From: a virus
Taxonomy: Duplodnaviria > Caudoviricetes
Direction: 5' to 3' (one strand)
Length of the DNA stretch: 64,000 nt
Virus record (IMG/VR): IMGVR_UViG_3300037484_000435
Span: 256,001 to 320,000 of that record
Shown here: piece by piece, positions 47,301 to 62,300 of the stretch
Numbering within the stretch: the first letter of the stretch is position 1
How the letters are laid out: each line of letters begins with the position of its first letter
The notes under the pieces: model-generated
Databases searched by the model: none
What the model was told of the DNA's origin: nothing
What the model saw: the letters and a program-made list of their open reading frames with translations, nothing else
Translations under genes and position numbers: made by a program

Positions 47301-50300
47301 GTCGTTCCGTTCTAATCATCTCAGTTAAATTCTGCAGTGGTTGCACAAATCTATCCGACCCATGAGACACATATTCACGAAGTCTTTCTGCATATATAGA
47401 GTAATTCCTTTGGAGTTCAGGAGGAAGTGTTTCGATCGCCCTGCTGAGTTCTGTGTAAGTAGTATTTACATCCTTACCAGCCCCCGTTTTCATCTGATTT
47501 AGCATTTCATTCAAACGTTCAATTGTACTATAAAGACGAGTTTGGCCAGACACAGTTTCAAAATAATTAGCTTTACCCGCCTCAACATCTGTTATTAGTT
47601 TTTCATGGGTACCTAGCGTTTGTGCTCGTGTCTGTAAATCCGTATAAACTTCAGCGACAGGCTTGTTTCTGTAGTAACGCCGCATTTCAGGGTCCATCTT
47701 TACCTGACTTAGACGACTAACATTCTCTGCTCCCTGCTGCGTAAATTCTTTAAGCACCTCGGAAACTCTCCGCATCTCCGCATTTACGCGTTTTAATTCA
47801 GCCTGTAATTCGGTTCGTCGTACCGCCACATCCTCTGAGGTCCTAAACATTTCTTGGGGCTTCAAAGCAGTTTCTACAATAGTGTTCACTCTGTTTCGTT
47901 CTTGAACATGCCTTGTATAAAGTGGATCACCTCTACCCACATTATTCCTATCCATTTCTCTTATATTTGCTTCGAGTTCGTGCAAGCGGTGCCACTCTTG
48001 CTCTATTCCTAATTGTTTTAAAGGACTGACGAGAGAACCTTCCGCTGGGGTTCTTAACCCTTGTGTTAATGCTCCTCCACGAACAGCAAGATGCTCTTTT
48101 GCCACACCAGCCATAATAGTGTACGCACCCATAGGATCTCTAGGTAAAGCTGGTGATTGGATTCCTGAAGCAATCCCCCTGCGGTAGAGATTTTCTATGA
48201 TTTGCCCGCGGGTACGGTGCGTAGCAACACCTGGCCTCACATCGTCACCTAAGTAACTCTGTAAATCTTGTGGGCTCAATACATCACGAGCAGGGAAAAT
48301 GTCTGCGGCCAGTCTTTGTAACGCTCCCGCGTTATTTCGAGCTGATCTTACTCGTCGAGCCGATTCAAGAACTTCTGGGGTTCGCATGTCCACACGAGTA
48401 GAATCCACAACCCGTGTCGCCCTAGATCTCTCATCTAAGCCCCTTATAATATTTTCATACTCTCTATTGGCCTCTTCGGGCAATGGCGTGGTGTTCCCTA
48501 ATCCATGTGCCTCTCTAAGCATATTTTCGATTCCCATACGTCTAACACCAGGGGCTGGTCCACGTCGAGTTTGTCTGTAGAGGCGGTTCATTTCCCCTGT
48601 CATGGCTTCAGAACTTATATCAACACCACGCTCATTCACTATCGCTTCTGCCACTAAACGTCCCGCCCTATCCTGTTGTGTTCCGGGCATCATTTCTGCA
48701 TCAATAGCCCTCTCTCGTAATCTTCTGCGTAACTCTGCTTCAACACGGTTAGATACTGGTCTTAGTTGTGTTCCATTTATTTCCGGCATAGTTCTTGCCA
48801 TAATTCTATTTCGGGGAGCAAAGAATCCCCGATCTATCTGTTCCGTTCTAATTAAGGCATCGTGCAGTTCTTGTAGAGGTACTGTTGCTGCTGGGGTACC
48901 TGCGGGACCCGTTCTCCGTTTCATCGAAGCTTCGGCTTGATCTTGAGAAATTCTCCTATAAAGTCCTTCTTGTACATTTGCGGGTAAGGGCACATCTCCC
49001 TGATTTAAGGTGTAACCCTGTTGTTGCATATTTTGCCGTGCTTCATTAAGAACAAATCCAAGTTCTCCCCTACGGGACAATTGATTTTGTAATACATCTA
49101 TTCCTTGTTTTTCAGTAGCTATACGAGCATTACGCTCACGGCCAGTTTCTGCACGACCTTGTTGATTAGCAGGATTAGAAAGATTAGTTTGTAATGTTTG
49201 TAGTCTTCGGATCTCTTCATGTTGCGGACTCATTCCACCTTGAACTCTGCGGTCTATTTCATACTGTAATTCCGTTGCTAAACTTTGTCCTGATCGATCA
49301 GTCTTAGCTGCACTAGTACGTTTTAGGTATGCCTCCCGCTGTTGAATCTCTCGTTCAATGTCTGCCTCAGGAACTGTTATATCACCAACAGTAACTCTCG
49401 AACCCCCTCTTTGACGAGGAACTCCACCAGAAAGCAATTCTCTTATCTGTGCCAAACGCTTTTCTAATACACCAAACTTTCCAATATGTTTATCCCTAAT
49501 TTCTTCAAGCCTTCTTATCTCTGCCTCAAATTGCCCCGCTTGGCTAGAGAATAAAGACTCAATTCCAGCGCGTGCTCTCTTCAAATCATCTAGACGAGCT
49601 TCGAACTTAGCCCTGCTCTCTCCTAACTTCCTCATTATGTCGTTGTCGGTGGCCGACTCCAATGCCTGATTAGTGCTGTCTAACAACTTTTTGGTGCTCG
49701 CAATATACTTATCATTTCTACGTAAACGGCGTTCCTTAAGTTCAACTGACTCCATTAGGTGCTGTCTCGGTTCAGCAAGTTTTGCATCAGTATCCATAAT
49801 ATTACGAAAAGTGTCTTGATATTGAGTTCGCGTATTTTGTAAAATACCAAAGGACTCAATAATTGGTAATCTGTGTTGAACATCCTGGGGCGTCATACCA
49901 AAACGACTAGTGTTGGGTCCCCTTAAATTATCTATAGCAGACCCTGCATTTTGAACATTTGGCATCCCAACCATACGTGTAAAGAACTCAGAGTGATTTA
50001 GTGCATTAGGTCCCGCTGATATTGTAGGTAAACCAGTCTGTCCACGAGACCTACCTGCATAATACTGAGACATTAAATTGTCCATCCAAAATTGCTGAGC
50101 TCGACTCTGCACAATATCTAAGCCCCCCATACCAGGAAGTGTCCCTCTTTGCCTCATGAACTGTTGTCGCATGAATTGTTCTTCTAGTTCCGCACCAACA
50201 GGGGTGCCTTTACCACCCAATAACCCAGACATAAAATTCCAAACCTGTTTGTATTTAGGAGTAGCCACCGCACCTATCCCTCCAAACACAGCCTGTTCTC

Positions 50301-53300
50301 CAGAAGCTGTGGAAGGTGTTAACGACTGATTACCCATACCCAACTGGGCTAGATGAACTTGTTCGGCGGTCTGCATCATACGTTCCTGAATACCGCGACC
50401 AGTCATCCTCCTCGTGACTGCCCCATATATCCCACCAGCAGCCGCTACTCCAGCAGCAAGAGGTAAAGAGGCACCAGCTAATGTGGCCATTCCTCCAGCC
50501 GCCAACGTAGATAGAACTGGATGACCGGCAGTTAATCCTAGTATGGAACCTTTGATGCCCCCCAATCCGGTTAGAGTACCAATAGCACCTCCCGCCATAA
50601 AACGATTCCGAGCCCTAAATATATTTGAAGTTTGCCTATCCGTGCCAACCCCACTAGCTATCTCTTCCATTAGTCTCTGAGAATAAAATGGGTCAACACC
50701 ATAACGACCTTGTGCGGGCTTTGCCCATTGACCAAAAGCACCTGCTCTTATACCACCATAGGCCCCCAGAGCCGCACCAGCCTCAGGTGCAATGTGCATC
50801 AGTTCCCCAAACCCTGTTGGTCCCAATGCCCCTAGAGTTCCAGCAGCACCAGCAGCCATTAGGCCTGGCCTAAATCCGGTTCCTAAAGCGGCTCGATACC
50901 CAACGGAACCAAGAGCCCCTCCTATTAGTGTTCCAGGTAATCCGGTTCCTAATTCTAACGCGGACAGCCCAGCTCCCAACATAAAACCTCTAGTGCCTCC
51001 TCTCTCGGACAAGGCCCAAGGCATACGTTCTCCCGCCCTTACATATTGTGGAGCACCCGCTCTAGCCCAACGTTCACTTGCACGATCATATAAACCTTCA
51101 AGACGTCTCCCAGCAAAAGCTCGCCCTATAATTCCGGGTTGCCAAGCCCTAGCCCCCGTAATCTGGTCAACTACAGGTGTAGGTTGTAAAATATTTCTAG
51201 CAGCACTTACAAAGGGCGAAGCAACTCGGCTTATTGATTGAGTAGCCGAAACACCTATAGCGGATTCTACCCGTGCTCTTACATTTGTCCGGAGAAAATT
51301 AATGACGTTGTCAAATACACCAATAAACGATTGTTTACCTAGACCTTGTGTCAAACTTAATTCAATAAGTCTTAATGAATCAGCTAATTTAAGTGGCCAT
51401 TGGCTTAAGCGTAATGCAGTAGACACACCCAGATTATTAATACGGTCTGTAACAGTGGTGTCCGCAGCCCATGCTTGTAACCTATTGATACCATCTATCC
51501 AACCACGCATAGTCCTCCCTACTGCCCCCAATGCACCACTCAGCCCAAGTAAACTACGTTCAATAACAACCCCTGCAGTTGAGGACATACCCGGAAGACC
51601 ACCAATAGATGCTCCTGCGCGTCCTGCTAAACTAGACAATCCTTCTGCAGCCCAAGCGGTGGGACGAAGTGCCGTTAATTTTGCAGTTGTCCCAGTTATC
51701 GGAATCATCCTTTCTCTAACAAAACTAGTTATTCCCCCTAAAGCCTCACCTTTTCCCAAAGCCCCTGTAATTGCACGAACAAAATCATACGTCATCTGCA
51801 TATCTTTTTTAAGGTTACTCACATGGGGAAGTAAAGTCATTACACCCGCCAAACCACCTATAGCTGCCATTCCAACTGGCCCCAAAGCAGCTATTGAAAG
51901 AAGTCCCGCACCACCCAACATAGAGCCACCCAGCACATGCCCAGCCACACCAGTGCGAGGTCCCACAAGACCACCTAATGCAGAGCCTCCCCTAGTCCCT
52001 GCTCCAAGAAAACCACTAAACATAAGTGAGCTTATTACAGTAGGCATTAACCCACCTAAGGCGGCTCCTACTGCAAACCTGCGTAGTCCACTTCTCCCTA
52101 ATGTAGGACCTGCTGTCCCTTCCGGTTCTCCATTTACTAATCTCTGGTACCATCTGGAAGACTGTGCTGGAGTAGTAGCAGGAAGCAACTGCTGACCAGC
52201 CGAGGTTTCAAACTGCCGAGGGTCTCTCATAGCCCGTTTCCAAATATCACCTTGAAAATTAGGCTGAGTTGACCAATCGGCAAATCTAGGTTGCCGTTCT
52301 CCGTAGCGTTTTGCATCTGTTATGAGGTTCTCTAGAATACGAGGGTCGCCCAAATTTGTTTGTGTTGGAACTGGATGTGTTGCTAGGAAAGATTCGGGTA
52401 ATCCTTTTACCAATCCTCCCACACCTTGGAAAGCTCCAGGATAAGCCCGTGTGATCAATTTAAAAGCCATATAAGCAGCAGCAGCAGTAACCGCCGCACC
52501 CATAAAACTCATGCTTTGCGACTGCTCAATGGAAGCTCTAAGCAAACGAGAACGTGGGGCCAACTGGTCATCACTGCCTGAACCTATTACACCACCAGCT
52601 GGAGCTGCGGCCCGCATGACTGCTGTGTTGTCCGCGATTTGTCTTAACCAATCTGAGTGGTTCAACATAATACGTCTATCCCAATCCGCAGATTGTGATA
52701 AAGATTTTAAGAGAGAATTACCAGCCTCAGTAGCCTTTAGGATATTCCCACCAAAGAATTTCTCCGCAACTTGACTGCCTAGATACGCCCCAACACCAGC
52801 TTGTAGCGGTCGAAGATAGCGACTAGGCTCTGGCATTCCTCCTTCCATAATTGCTCTAGCCCGTGTAGCTTCTCTTTGTAACTTGTCTCGTTCAGCCTTT
52901 TCCTTTTTCCACTGTACCAGATCCCTTTTAGCCAAAAACATTGGATCAAATCTATCCTTCATGGAAATCTCTTCTATACCAATTAACTTAGAAAGCCTAT
53001 CCTCCCCAAACACGTTACCCAAGGCGTTGTTTATCCTTCGTCCTATATGAAGGTCAGATATTCTTTTGCTTATTCGACTTGGAAGATTATTAGTTAATGA
53101 GTTAATACCCTCCATCCAAAGACCACCCAAATCAAAATCTTTCCAAACTCTCTCGGCCATGGGAAACTCGGGTTCTGGTCGGCTAACGGCAGGCGGCCGA
53201 GGTATATTCCCCCATCGTCGTTGTTGTTCCTCCATAGGGGTTCCTAGTCTCCTATTAGCAGCGATTGTCGCGGTTTCTCTCTCAAAGTTTGGTACGGGCA

Positions 53301-56300
53301 TACCAACCGTTTGCTTGGCCCAGTCACCCCAACTGATAGGTTGTTCACCCGCTAACCCCATAAACTGTCTTAAATGAGTTCCCCAAGATGCTGTTGACTT
53401 TAACTTATCTCTCTCTGAAGTGGGTCCGCCGACGAGGGTTCTTCCAATGTCTGGAAGGAATGAAGTTAAATCATAAAGCGATCCCACTGTACCTCTCGCT
53501 GCCCATGCTGGAAAACTGTCTGGTTCCTTCGGTTGGCCCATCATTTGTAAGAAATTTTCTCTATCCTGTTCTCCCAATAAATCTTCACGTAATCCCGACT
53601 CAGGCATAAACCCTGCCGGTGTGAATCGCTTAGTCTTTTTAGCTCTCTCCGCTACCGTCCTTAATCCACGCTCTCGCTTATCAAAATCATAATAATTTTC
53701 TACCATTGCTTCTCTTAGTGGATCTTGATAGGGCTTTACATAACCGGCGTCTTCTTCAGCCACTCTCCAAAGAGGGGATGGTTTCTGCCAATCAAATCCC
53801 CTATCCTCCCTTACTCCTATCGCCCTAAGAAATCTATCTCCCAAATGTGAACCTTTATCCTTGTAGGTACTTTCATAAGAAGAAAAATCGGGGGATTTAG
53901 TTACGTAATCCATGGCCCCAACGATATAGTCACTTATCCCCTTACCTGTTTTAGAAATTGCTCCAGAAACTTTTGTTTCAACGGAATCAGAAAGACCTTC
54001 GGCATCTTTCCCCAAATCTCTAAACCAACCACCCAGATCGAGTCCAATAGTCATTTTACCCAAACCGATAAGATCAGTCCACGTCGACCAAAGTTTGTCT
54101 ATAGCTTTGGACACCACATCCGCAGCGGGCCCGACAGCTTCTAAATCCATACTAACCGGTTTCCAATTCTGTGATAAGTTAGACCATGCTTCAGATTCAA
54201 TATCTACTGCAGGGGTTTTTACTCCGATGTCCCCAGCCTTAGTCTTGGGGCCTAGTTTACTAGTATAATACTGTTGCGCTTTTTCAAGGAACTGCTGATC
54301 CCTTTCTTGTGGCGAAGTAAATAAATCTTCAAAAGCACCCATCCAACCAGACAAACCCTTTTTCTGTGTAAATTGTTTTCCTACAATGGGTTCCCATTTT
54401 TTGTCAAAATTGGTAATCTTTGTTTGTGCATATTCGACAAAGCCTGGAAGTGCATTAGATATGGCCTCCGACGGCACTTTTTGCTTTAACAAGTTAGAGT
54501 TCGGTTGCCCCTCGACAAGCCTTTGCCCAGAAGTAGAAGCCAGTTGTCTATACTGTTCTGCAAGCTTTAACCTCTGAAATCTTTCTGGTTCCGATAAGTT
54601 CTTCTCGTTAGCAGAAGCTAAAGTCTTCTTATAATCCGCTGTATATTTATCGTAATCTGATAGTAGTTGTTTGTCCGATTTATTCGCTGTGGCCGCAGAC
54701 CTATTTAAATCTTGTAATTCAGAAATAACTTTCTCAATTAAATGTAGTTGTGAAGTTTGTAAACCAACAAGTGCCGCATCCTCCTTCTTCCCTTCTGGAG
54801 CTGTACCTATAGATCTTAATATTCTATCCACATTTTCTTTACCTAAACTCTCCCCGAGTCTCCCACCCAATTGCTCCTTTAAGTCTTCTGCCATAAGACG
54901 GGTGCGGGTATCGGTACCAGCCAGAAGTTTCTCTGTTTGTATATAACGTTGGCCACGCATTTCAGTTTCTGACTGACGCTGAGTTACACGTGCGTACTCC
55001 GGATTAATGATACCTAGCTTTTGTTCTTCGGAAAGTTCGGCCCACGCTTTTGGTTTGGTAGGCATCTTTACAGGTAACCTATCCTCACTTTCAAAACCAA
55101 CTTTAACACGGCGTGCTGCTACCTCGGCCCGATCTTGGGCTATTGTTACTTGCTCATCAATTTTTGCTTTTGCAATAGTGTTGAATGTATTCTCCCATTC
55201 CTCTCGGACCTGTATTAAAAACTCTAACTTACGTTTTTTTACTAAAAGGTCCTGCATCTCTTTTATCTTACTAGCACTCTTATCAGCACTAGCCGTGTCA
55301 GAAGTATACAGTTTCCATTGCACATCCATATCCCTGATTGCTTCAGCCACTTCCCACATCGCATCTTGTGCTTTCCGGCTACCCTCCACTTCAAACAAGA
55401 ATTTTTCCCCCAGTTTTAAAGCCTCATGTCCCTGAAACTTAGGCATAAACATAGCGGCCCCACCACCAGCGTACTGTTTAGTTTTTTCGTACTCTTTGCC
55501 TATGTCAAACATACCAGCCTGTTTACGGGACCAAGTTTCGATTTTACCTTGTAAGTTTTCCCAACCAATTCTCCGTTCCTCTAAACCTCCGGGGGCACGA
55601 CCTTGGGCATAGGGAAGCTCGCCGGGCTCGGGCATAATCAACGGCATAGCTTTTTCCGGAGAAAGCGCACCTGTCTTATAGGCCTCTTGGGTTAATTGTG
55701 TCCACCCCATTGTGTCCCCTGGCTTAATACCCTTTGCTCTGGCTGATTCTACCTCTTGATAAGCTATCTTAGTCATAGTGGTCCAATCTTGTGGTTCTTT
55801 CGTGTTAAGGATTTGTTCATTGGCACCCTCACCAACAGCACCAACAGCCACATAATACTTACCCTCACCAGCACTAGTTGCAACCAATGCCTTAGGTTCC
55901 TGCATTGCCCCACGTGTAACCCCTTCAGTAATAACTTCTTTTGCTAAACCTTGTTGTTGTAACATCAAGTTCCAACGTTCTTGTCTAGCCAAAAAACGTT
56001 TAGCAACTGCAGATTCTTCTTCTCCCCCTGTTTTTGGGGTAGCAGCCTCTATCCGCTTAGCTTCGTCTTTAACCCACCCCATTACACCCTTAACTGTATT
56101 AGATAGAGTTGTAAAGGAACCTGTTATTACAGTTTTTATATCTGAAGTTCCTATTGAAGATAAGAATGAAAATGCGCCTTGCACCTTATTGGCGATGTCT
56201 GGGCTAACTGCTCCGATAGAGGAAACTATAATATTTGAGATGCCACGAAAAGCACTACTCAGACCTTCAGCTATGATGTTCCCCATTCCCTTGGTTGCAG

Positions 56301-59300
56301 AAACAAGATTTCCTAGTAATCCTCCAGTCAGTTCGTTATAAAAACCCCCAATAACCCCTAAGTCTTCTTTACCTACTCTTCCAAACGCATCCTTTAGATT
56401 ACCAAATATAGCGTCCCTGATAAAACTACCTATATCAGTAATAAAAGTGGCGGGTAATCCTACTGTTGTTAAGCCTGATTGAATCAATCGGTAAGCTTGG
56501 TTAGCATAATCCTTTACCCCTTCACCAATACCAGTCATTACTTTTATTAAATTTTGAATGTTTTCATTACCCAAAGACATCCGTAATGAATCCAAGACAT
56601 TATTTTTCAAATCACCGAAGAAACTCATTAATCCTTCGGAAATAGTCAAAGCCAAATCCTTTAATACTTTTTGTATATTAGCAGTTCTAGTCTCAGAAAA
56701 CATTTTAGAAATTAATGCTCCGCCAGATTCTGCTGAAGATATTAATGCTGCTGCTCCAGTGATGGTTTTGGCGTACCACTCGGAAATAACTCTTCCACCT
56801 GAATTTATCGCCGCATTAATTGCTCCTGTAAATTGGTCTGCTTGAGGTTGATACTGGTCAAGCATCCCATAAAGCTCTTTTCCTTGTGGAACCCCGAGTC
56901 TCTCAGGTAAATTAGATAAGGAAACATACTGTTTAGAAACCTGATAATTGCGACCTGTAAGCGCATCGTATCTATTTTCACGACCAAACATGTCCCCGTA
57001 ACTCTGCGCTGGTTTGGTGGTTATAGTTTCTTGGAGTTTCTCTAAATTCCCTCCAGTAAGCTGTTCAGCTACCTGCCGCATAGTGTCTAAATTCCTTCCA
57101 GCCTTTACTTCAAAAAATTTATCCAAGCCTTTGTCGCTAGTTAATTTCATAAAGTCACCAGCAGTAGTACCTTTTCCAACTCCTAAAATATCTTGCTCTA
57201 CTTTCATCATGGCGGCATCTAATTCAGCGTTAGCGTCATCAAGCTTCTTAGAGATATCTTTCATACGTCCGGATAGAAATGGTGGGATCATTCCAGTTTG
57301 TGCCCCACCTTCGTACCCAAACTTCCCAGTCACCCCTAGATAAGGAACAAATCTCTGAGTGTTTATAGTTCTTAGTGGTGTAGCTCCCAACATTTGGGCC
57401 TTTTCTTGCGCAGCTTTTAATTCGCCCATTTGTGAAAGCAATGCTTGCTGTTTTTCGTAAGGAGTTTTAGGCAACAGTGCTTCAGACCATTGCTTTCCGA
57501 CTACCGGTATAGTTTCAAGTGCTGATTGTAAAGAGCCCCTTACTTGATTCGCCCCAGTCCCAGTTGGAAATATAGTGCCTGCCCTAAGTTTTGCAAGATC
57601 AATTTTTTCCATGTTTTGTAAAACATTCAGCTGTGATTGAAAGACATCTAATAAATTACGGGCCTTAACAGTAGTGTCAAGTATTGCATTACCAAACACA
57701 TCATACCCTTTTGCTAGGGTTGGCACCATCTGAACACTAGCACGAGTAGCCTCATCCTCTGCCTTTTTAAACTCCGCTATTTTTGTCACCACAGACTTAT
57801 AGTTCTTTGACATGCCTTCGCTATATACCAGCCTATCTCGTTCCTTTTCTGCACCGGAAGGAAGGTTTGGGCCAGCGGCTGGTGTAGTTAATTGTTTTTC
57901 AGTTTCCAGCAATACCTGTCTTTTGGTTTCCGCGTCTGTCCATTTCTTTTCTAAATCCGACATTTCGGTAAATTGTTGCCGGATCTGTCCTGGAGCATTC
58001 ATACGTGTTTGGTAACGACGCAACGTTGATTCTGGTCCACCAGCCACATCTTGTATCTTTTCTCTGCTAGAGTAGGCAAATCCAGCAGCTAAACCTAACG
58101 GAAGTAGACTTCTTATAACTCCAGTCCCAGCCCCCGCAGCTGTCCCCATAACTGCGCCCATCACCTTTGACGCGAGAGAGATAGAACCTATTGCTGCAGC
58201 TAAGGGTAATAGTTTATCACCAGAGTCTCCCATCAACCCCAATGCTGCAGTAACACCAGCCAGAACGAGGCCAAGATTGCCAGCTGAGGACGACATAGAA
58301 GAGAACATCGAGTTAAACGTCCTACCTGTGGCCAGAGTCAAATAAGCCATCTTACCTAAAGTGGTAGAAGCATCCCCCAAACCTCCAATGTCTTTTACAC
58401 TTTCGACCGCCCCTAGTGTACTTCTAATGGGAGATACTGCGAATTGAGTAATACCAGAGACGGCACCTGTGGCACCAGAACTTAGTCCAAAATTCTGTAG
58501 TCCACTCATTACCTTCTCGATTTGACTAGAAAATGTTGCGAATGTACCTAGTCCTAAAATAATCTGTTTAATACGATCGGGAACCAATGTAAAAGCCCCA
58601 ACCAACCCTCTGGTAGCATCCGTTAAAACTTTCATTGGCTCAATAGCAAGCTTTCCGAAATCAGTGTACATTTCCTGCATAGATGCTCTTAATTGCTGAT
58701 ACTTTGTATTAAGTGTGTCCAACTGCAACTCCAACCTAGCCTCAGTAGCTCCTTGTGAGTTCATTGAATCAGAAACCGAATCTTGTGCTTCCTTAAAATT
58801 GTCCATCAAAGTAATAAATGCGTTATAATGACGGGCACCAGCAATAACGCTAGCATAATTTTGTCTTTGAGCATCCGACATTGTTTGCCATTTGACATTT
58901 AACTCCTCTAGGAAACGCATGCCGGGTTTTAATTCACCACTCGGTAACAGGGTGTCCATCTTAAGTTCATCTTTTAATTTATTTCTTACAGCTGAGGTCT
59001 GCAAATTTTTAAACATGAACCTTAAGGCAGTACCAACCTCCTCCCCTGTCTGACGTGTCACAACAGCAATAGCCGTGATTATACCATTAAGTTCGTGAAA
59101 ATCTACACCAGCAGTTCTAGCGGCGGATCCAGCTCGAAGCATACCACTTGCTAACTCCTTAGCTGTTATTGCGTGCTTAACGTCAACATTTATCCATGCA
59201 TCTAAATATTTTTGAGCGGCGCCCATCTGCTCACCGTATTGTTTTGTAGCTGCAGTCAAGTACTCAGTAACCTCAGCAGATTTCATGTCAGTAACTGTTG

Positions 59301-62300
59301 CCGCCATAACAGCCACACGAGTTCGGTCAATGATTTCAGCTTGTTTTAAACCTTGCTGACCAAATACTACCATAGCATCTAGAACATCTTTGACATTAAC
59401 CCCCATACCAGTGGCCATACCAAAGGCAGCATCTCTAATTTTATTCAAATTAGTAACTTGTGGATCTGTGACCTTTGCTATATTCATTATGGCCGTCTCT
59501 ACATCTGCCATTGTGGAGACCATTTTTTTGAATTCAGTCGCTACAGTACCTACAATTGCAGCGGCCCCGCCCCACTTGGTAATAGTTTCTACAGCCCCAA
59601 AAAATGTCTGTGACTCGGCAACTTGTTTATTCATGTCGGTAAAGTTTACTTTAACTCCGTTTGCCGCCAATGAAGTTTTAGTTAAGTCCGCTCGAATCTT
59701 TTCTAATACAGCCCCAGCCTCATCTTTAACCTCTAAGTTTAAAGACATTGCTTGGCCCTCTTTCATATCAGGACTAGTAGCAACCTTTTGTTTGTAGTAT
59801 TCTAGTAATTGCTTATTTCCAGAAACCTGTTGTGGAACAGACAGCCCCATAGGTATGATAGGGGCAGCCGCCTGCATCATCGGGTCAAACCGACCTGAGA
59901 ATTTCGTTTGTTGTGCGGGTCCTCGGAATTGTTCTTCAAGGGACTTCCAATATCGGAGACTCTCAACAGTAGTATTGGGGTCTCGACCTGCCTCGTGCAC
60001 TGTGGAACGTAAATAGCCATGAACACCAGATATATCTTTTGGTACATTGGTTGAGGTCTTTAAAATCCCACTCATTACTTCTTGGTAAATAGAAGTGGGG
60101 CTAATTCCGGTAGGCTCTAAACTCTGAAGAGCTTCTACTGCCTTCTTAGATACACCCTCTAACCCTTTGGACAGGAAACCCCCCACTGAGATTACATCAC
60201 TGAAAGCTTCAGGACGTCCGAGGGAAACATTCTCACGATCTCCAGCACCTAGGAAACCACCAGACCGGTAAGTTCTAAAAGGATCCGATAGAGGATGTAC
60301 AGCTGTTGAGGACCTAAGAGCAGTAGCAACATATTTGATGATATATTCATCGATTTCTTTACTTAAATGGGCAACAGTATTTTTGTTGCCGGCTTGTGCC
60401 GCGGTATTTAATTCATTCCGCAAACCTTGTAAATGGTTCAAATAAGTTTCAGATATATGGGCCAAAGTTGCTTTCTGGGATTTTGCGACCTTACTTTTAT
60501 CAGAAGTATCCACAGTCACAGTATTTTGTAGAGATTGGAAAGAACCCAATACTTGGTCTAAAGTTTTACCTTGCATGCTACTGGGCACTACATCTTTTAT
60601 CTCTGATGGTAATCTCCAAGGAGAACGAGCAGAAACAGGAGTATACCCCCGCAACGTAGGCTCCTCAAGCTCTGCTTCTTGTGCTGGACTATAAGAAGAG
60701 CTTCCCTCGTAATAATCAAGCCGTGCTCTTTCTCTTTCCTTTCTAAGTAAAGATGTTCCAACCTCTTTCCCAAAATATTGTCCTGCCAGTAAACCTCCTA
60801 TACCAAGACCTATCTTGCTTATGGGACTAACACCAGCCTTGAAACCTGCAATACCACCAAGTAATGCTCCACCTCTCGACATCCAAGTTCTATTCGTTTT
60901 TAATTTATCCACATATTCTGGGTCCATATACTCAGGGTAGAGAGATTCCATACTACCCTCATCTGCTAAATCTGCCCTCTCTTTGTCTGAAAGCCACTTG
61001 TCCACCTCGGCACCGCGTGGTCCCTGTTTACCGCCTATACCAAAAACTTTTCTTTCAATTTTCTCACCAATATGGCCCCCAACAACACCACCACCAAGAC
61101 TACCAGCCAGTGCACCTAGAACACGGACTAAGGTTGCCGCCTTAGGCCCGCCGCCGCCCATAGATCTTAAGGCCGTTGAGGCTGGAGCAGTTAATCTAGA
61201 ACCTAGAGCAGCCCCCATAGCAATAGTTGCGGCCTGAACAATCTGCTCAGGTATTTCGCTAGCTATAGCCCTAACGGGAGAAACCCCTTGCGCAACTTTC
61301 TCCTTTACATCGTAAGCCCCAACTGCAAAATGACCTAAAGCTGGAATCATCTTAAATGCGCCACCGGCCACACCTTTTAATGCATCAGTAAAATCACTTT
61401 GTCTCAAAGCTTGTCCCACATCAGACATACCCGTCCCGAAAGCCTCAATTGGCTGTGTAACTAGGCCCCTGAGCCCCCTAATACCACTTAATAAAGCACC
61501 AGGTCTACGTGATAAACCAGATACACCACTAGAAGCCATTACTCCAGACGGAACCCCCCAGCTTTCATTATAAGGCATACCTCCTAGACCAAGATGTTCA
61601 ACCGCAAATTTACCTATACCCCTATTTTTTGAACCCAATAGATTACCAGGACCGTAGATTTCTCCTACTTGTCTATTAAATTCTTCCATAAGACCTGTGC
61701 CAGTCACATCTCTACCGGGGAGCATTTGTTTTGCTGATTCATACACACTAGGTAGTATTTTGAATGATTTTTCTAAGCCTTCCTCGGTAAAATAGCGTCT
61801 AGCCATCAAAGCTCTGGCCCCCATACCCAGACCTTGGGCAGTTGATTGTGCAGCACTAACCGCCTGTGGAACACCATAGGCGAGCAAGTCTACACCACCG
61901 TGGGTAACGTCTGCCGTACTTCGTAAGAATTTCTGGGATACAGGGGGTGGAGCAGGAACCTGCCCAGTAGACATGTGGTAAACCATTCTATTTGCAGCTG
62001 CCTTTTTTATTGCATCTGGACTTCCTTTTTGACTAATAGCTTCCTGAACTGTTTTCTCATAATCTAACGCTGATTCAGCTGGGCCAAGACGCTGCGCGGT
62101 ATCCATCCATTTAGTGGTGTCAAAAGGTGACTCTTTAAATGAATCTGGATATTCCATCATCCTGCTAATCTTTTTAAATTCTAAATCGATTAATTCTCTT
62201 ATGTTTTTTTCCGTTAACCCACGAGACCTAGTCCGTCCTGCTTCCAAACCCAATCCTGTAGTACCCCGATATGTAGGAAATTCCTTTAGACCAGCACCTA

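Noticed and set aside
50140-50180. Short tandem duplication encoding QFMRQ-QFMRQ
   Set aside because: A single imperfect 15-nt in-frame duplication with no wider array; likely slippage.
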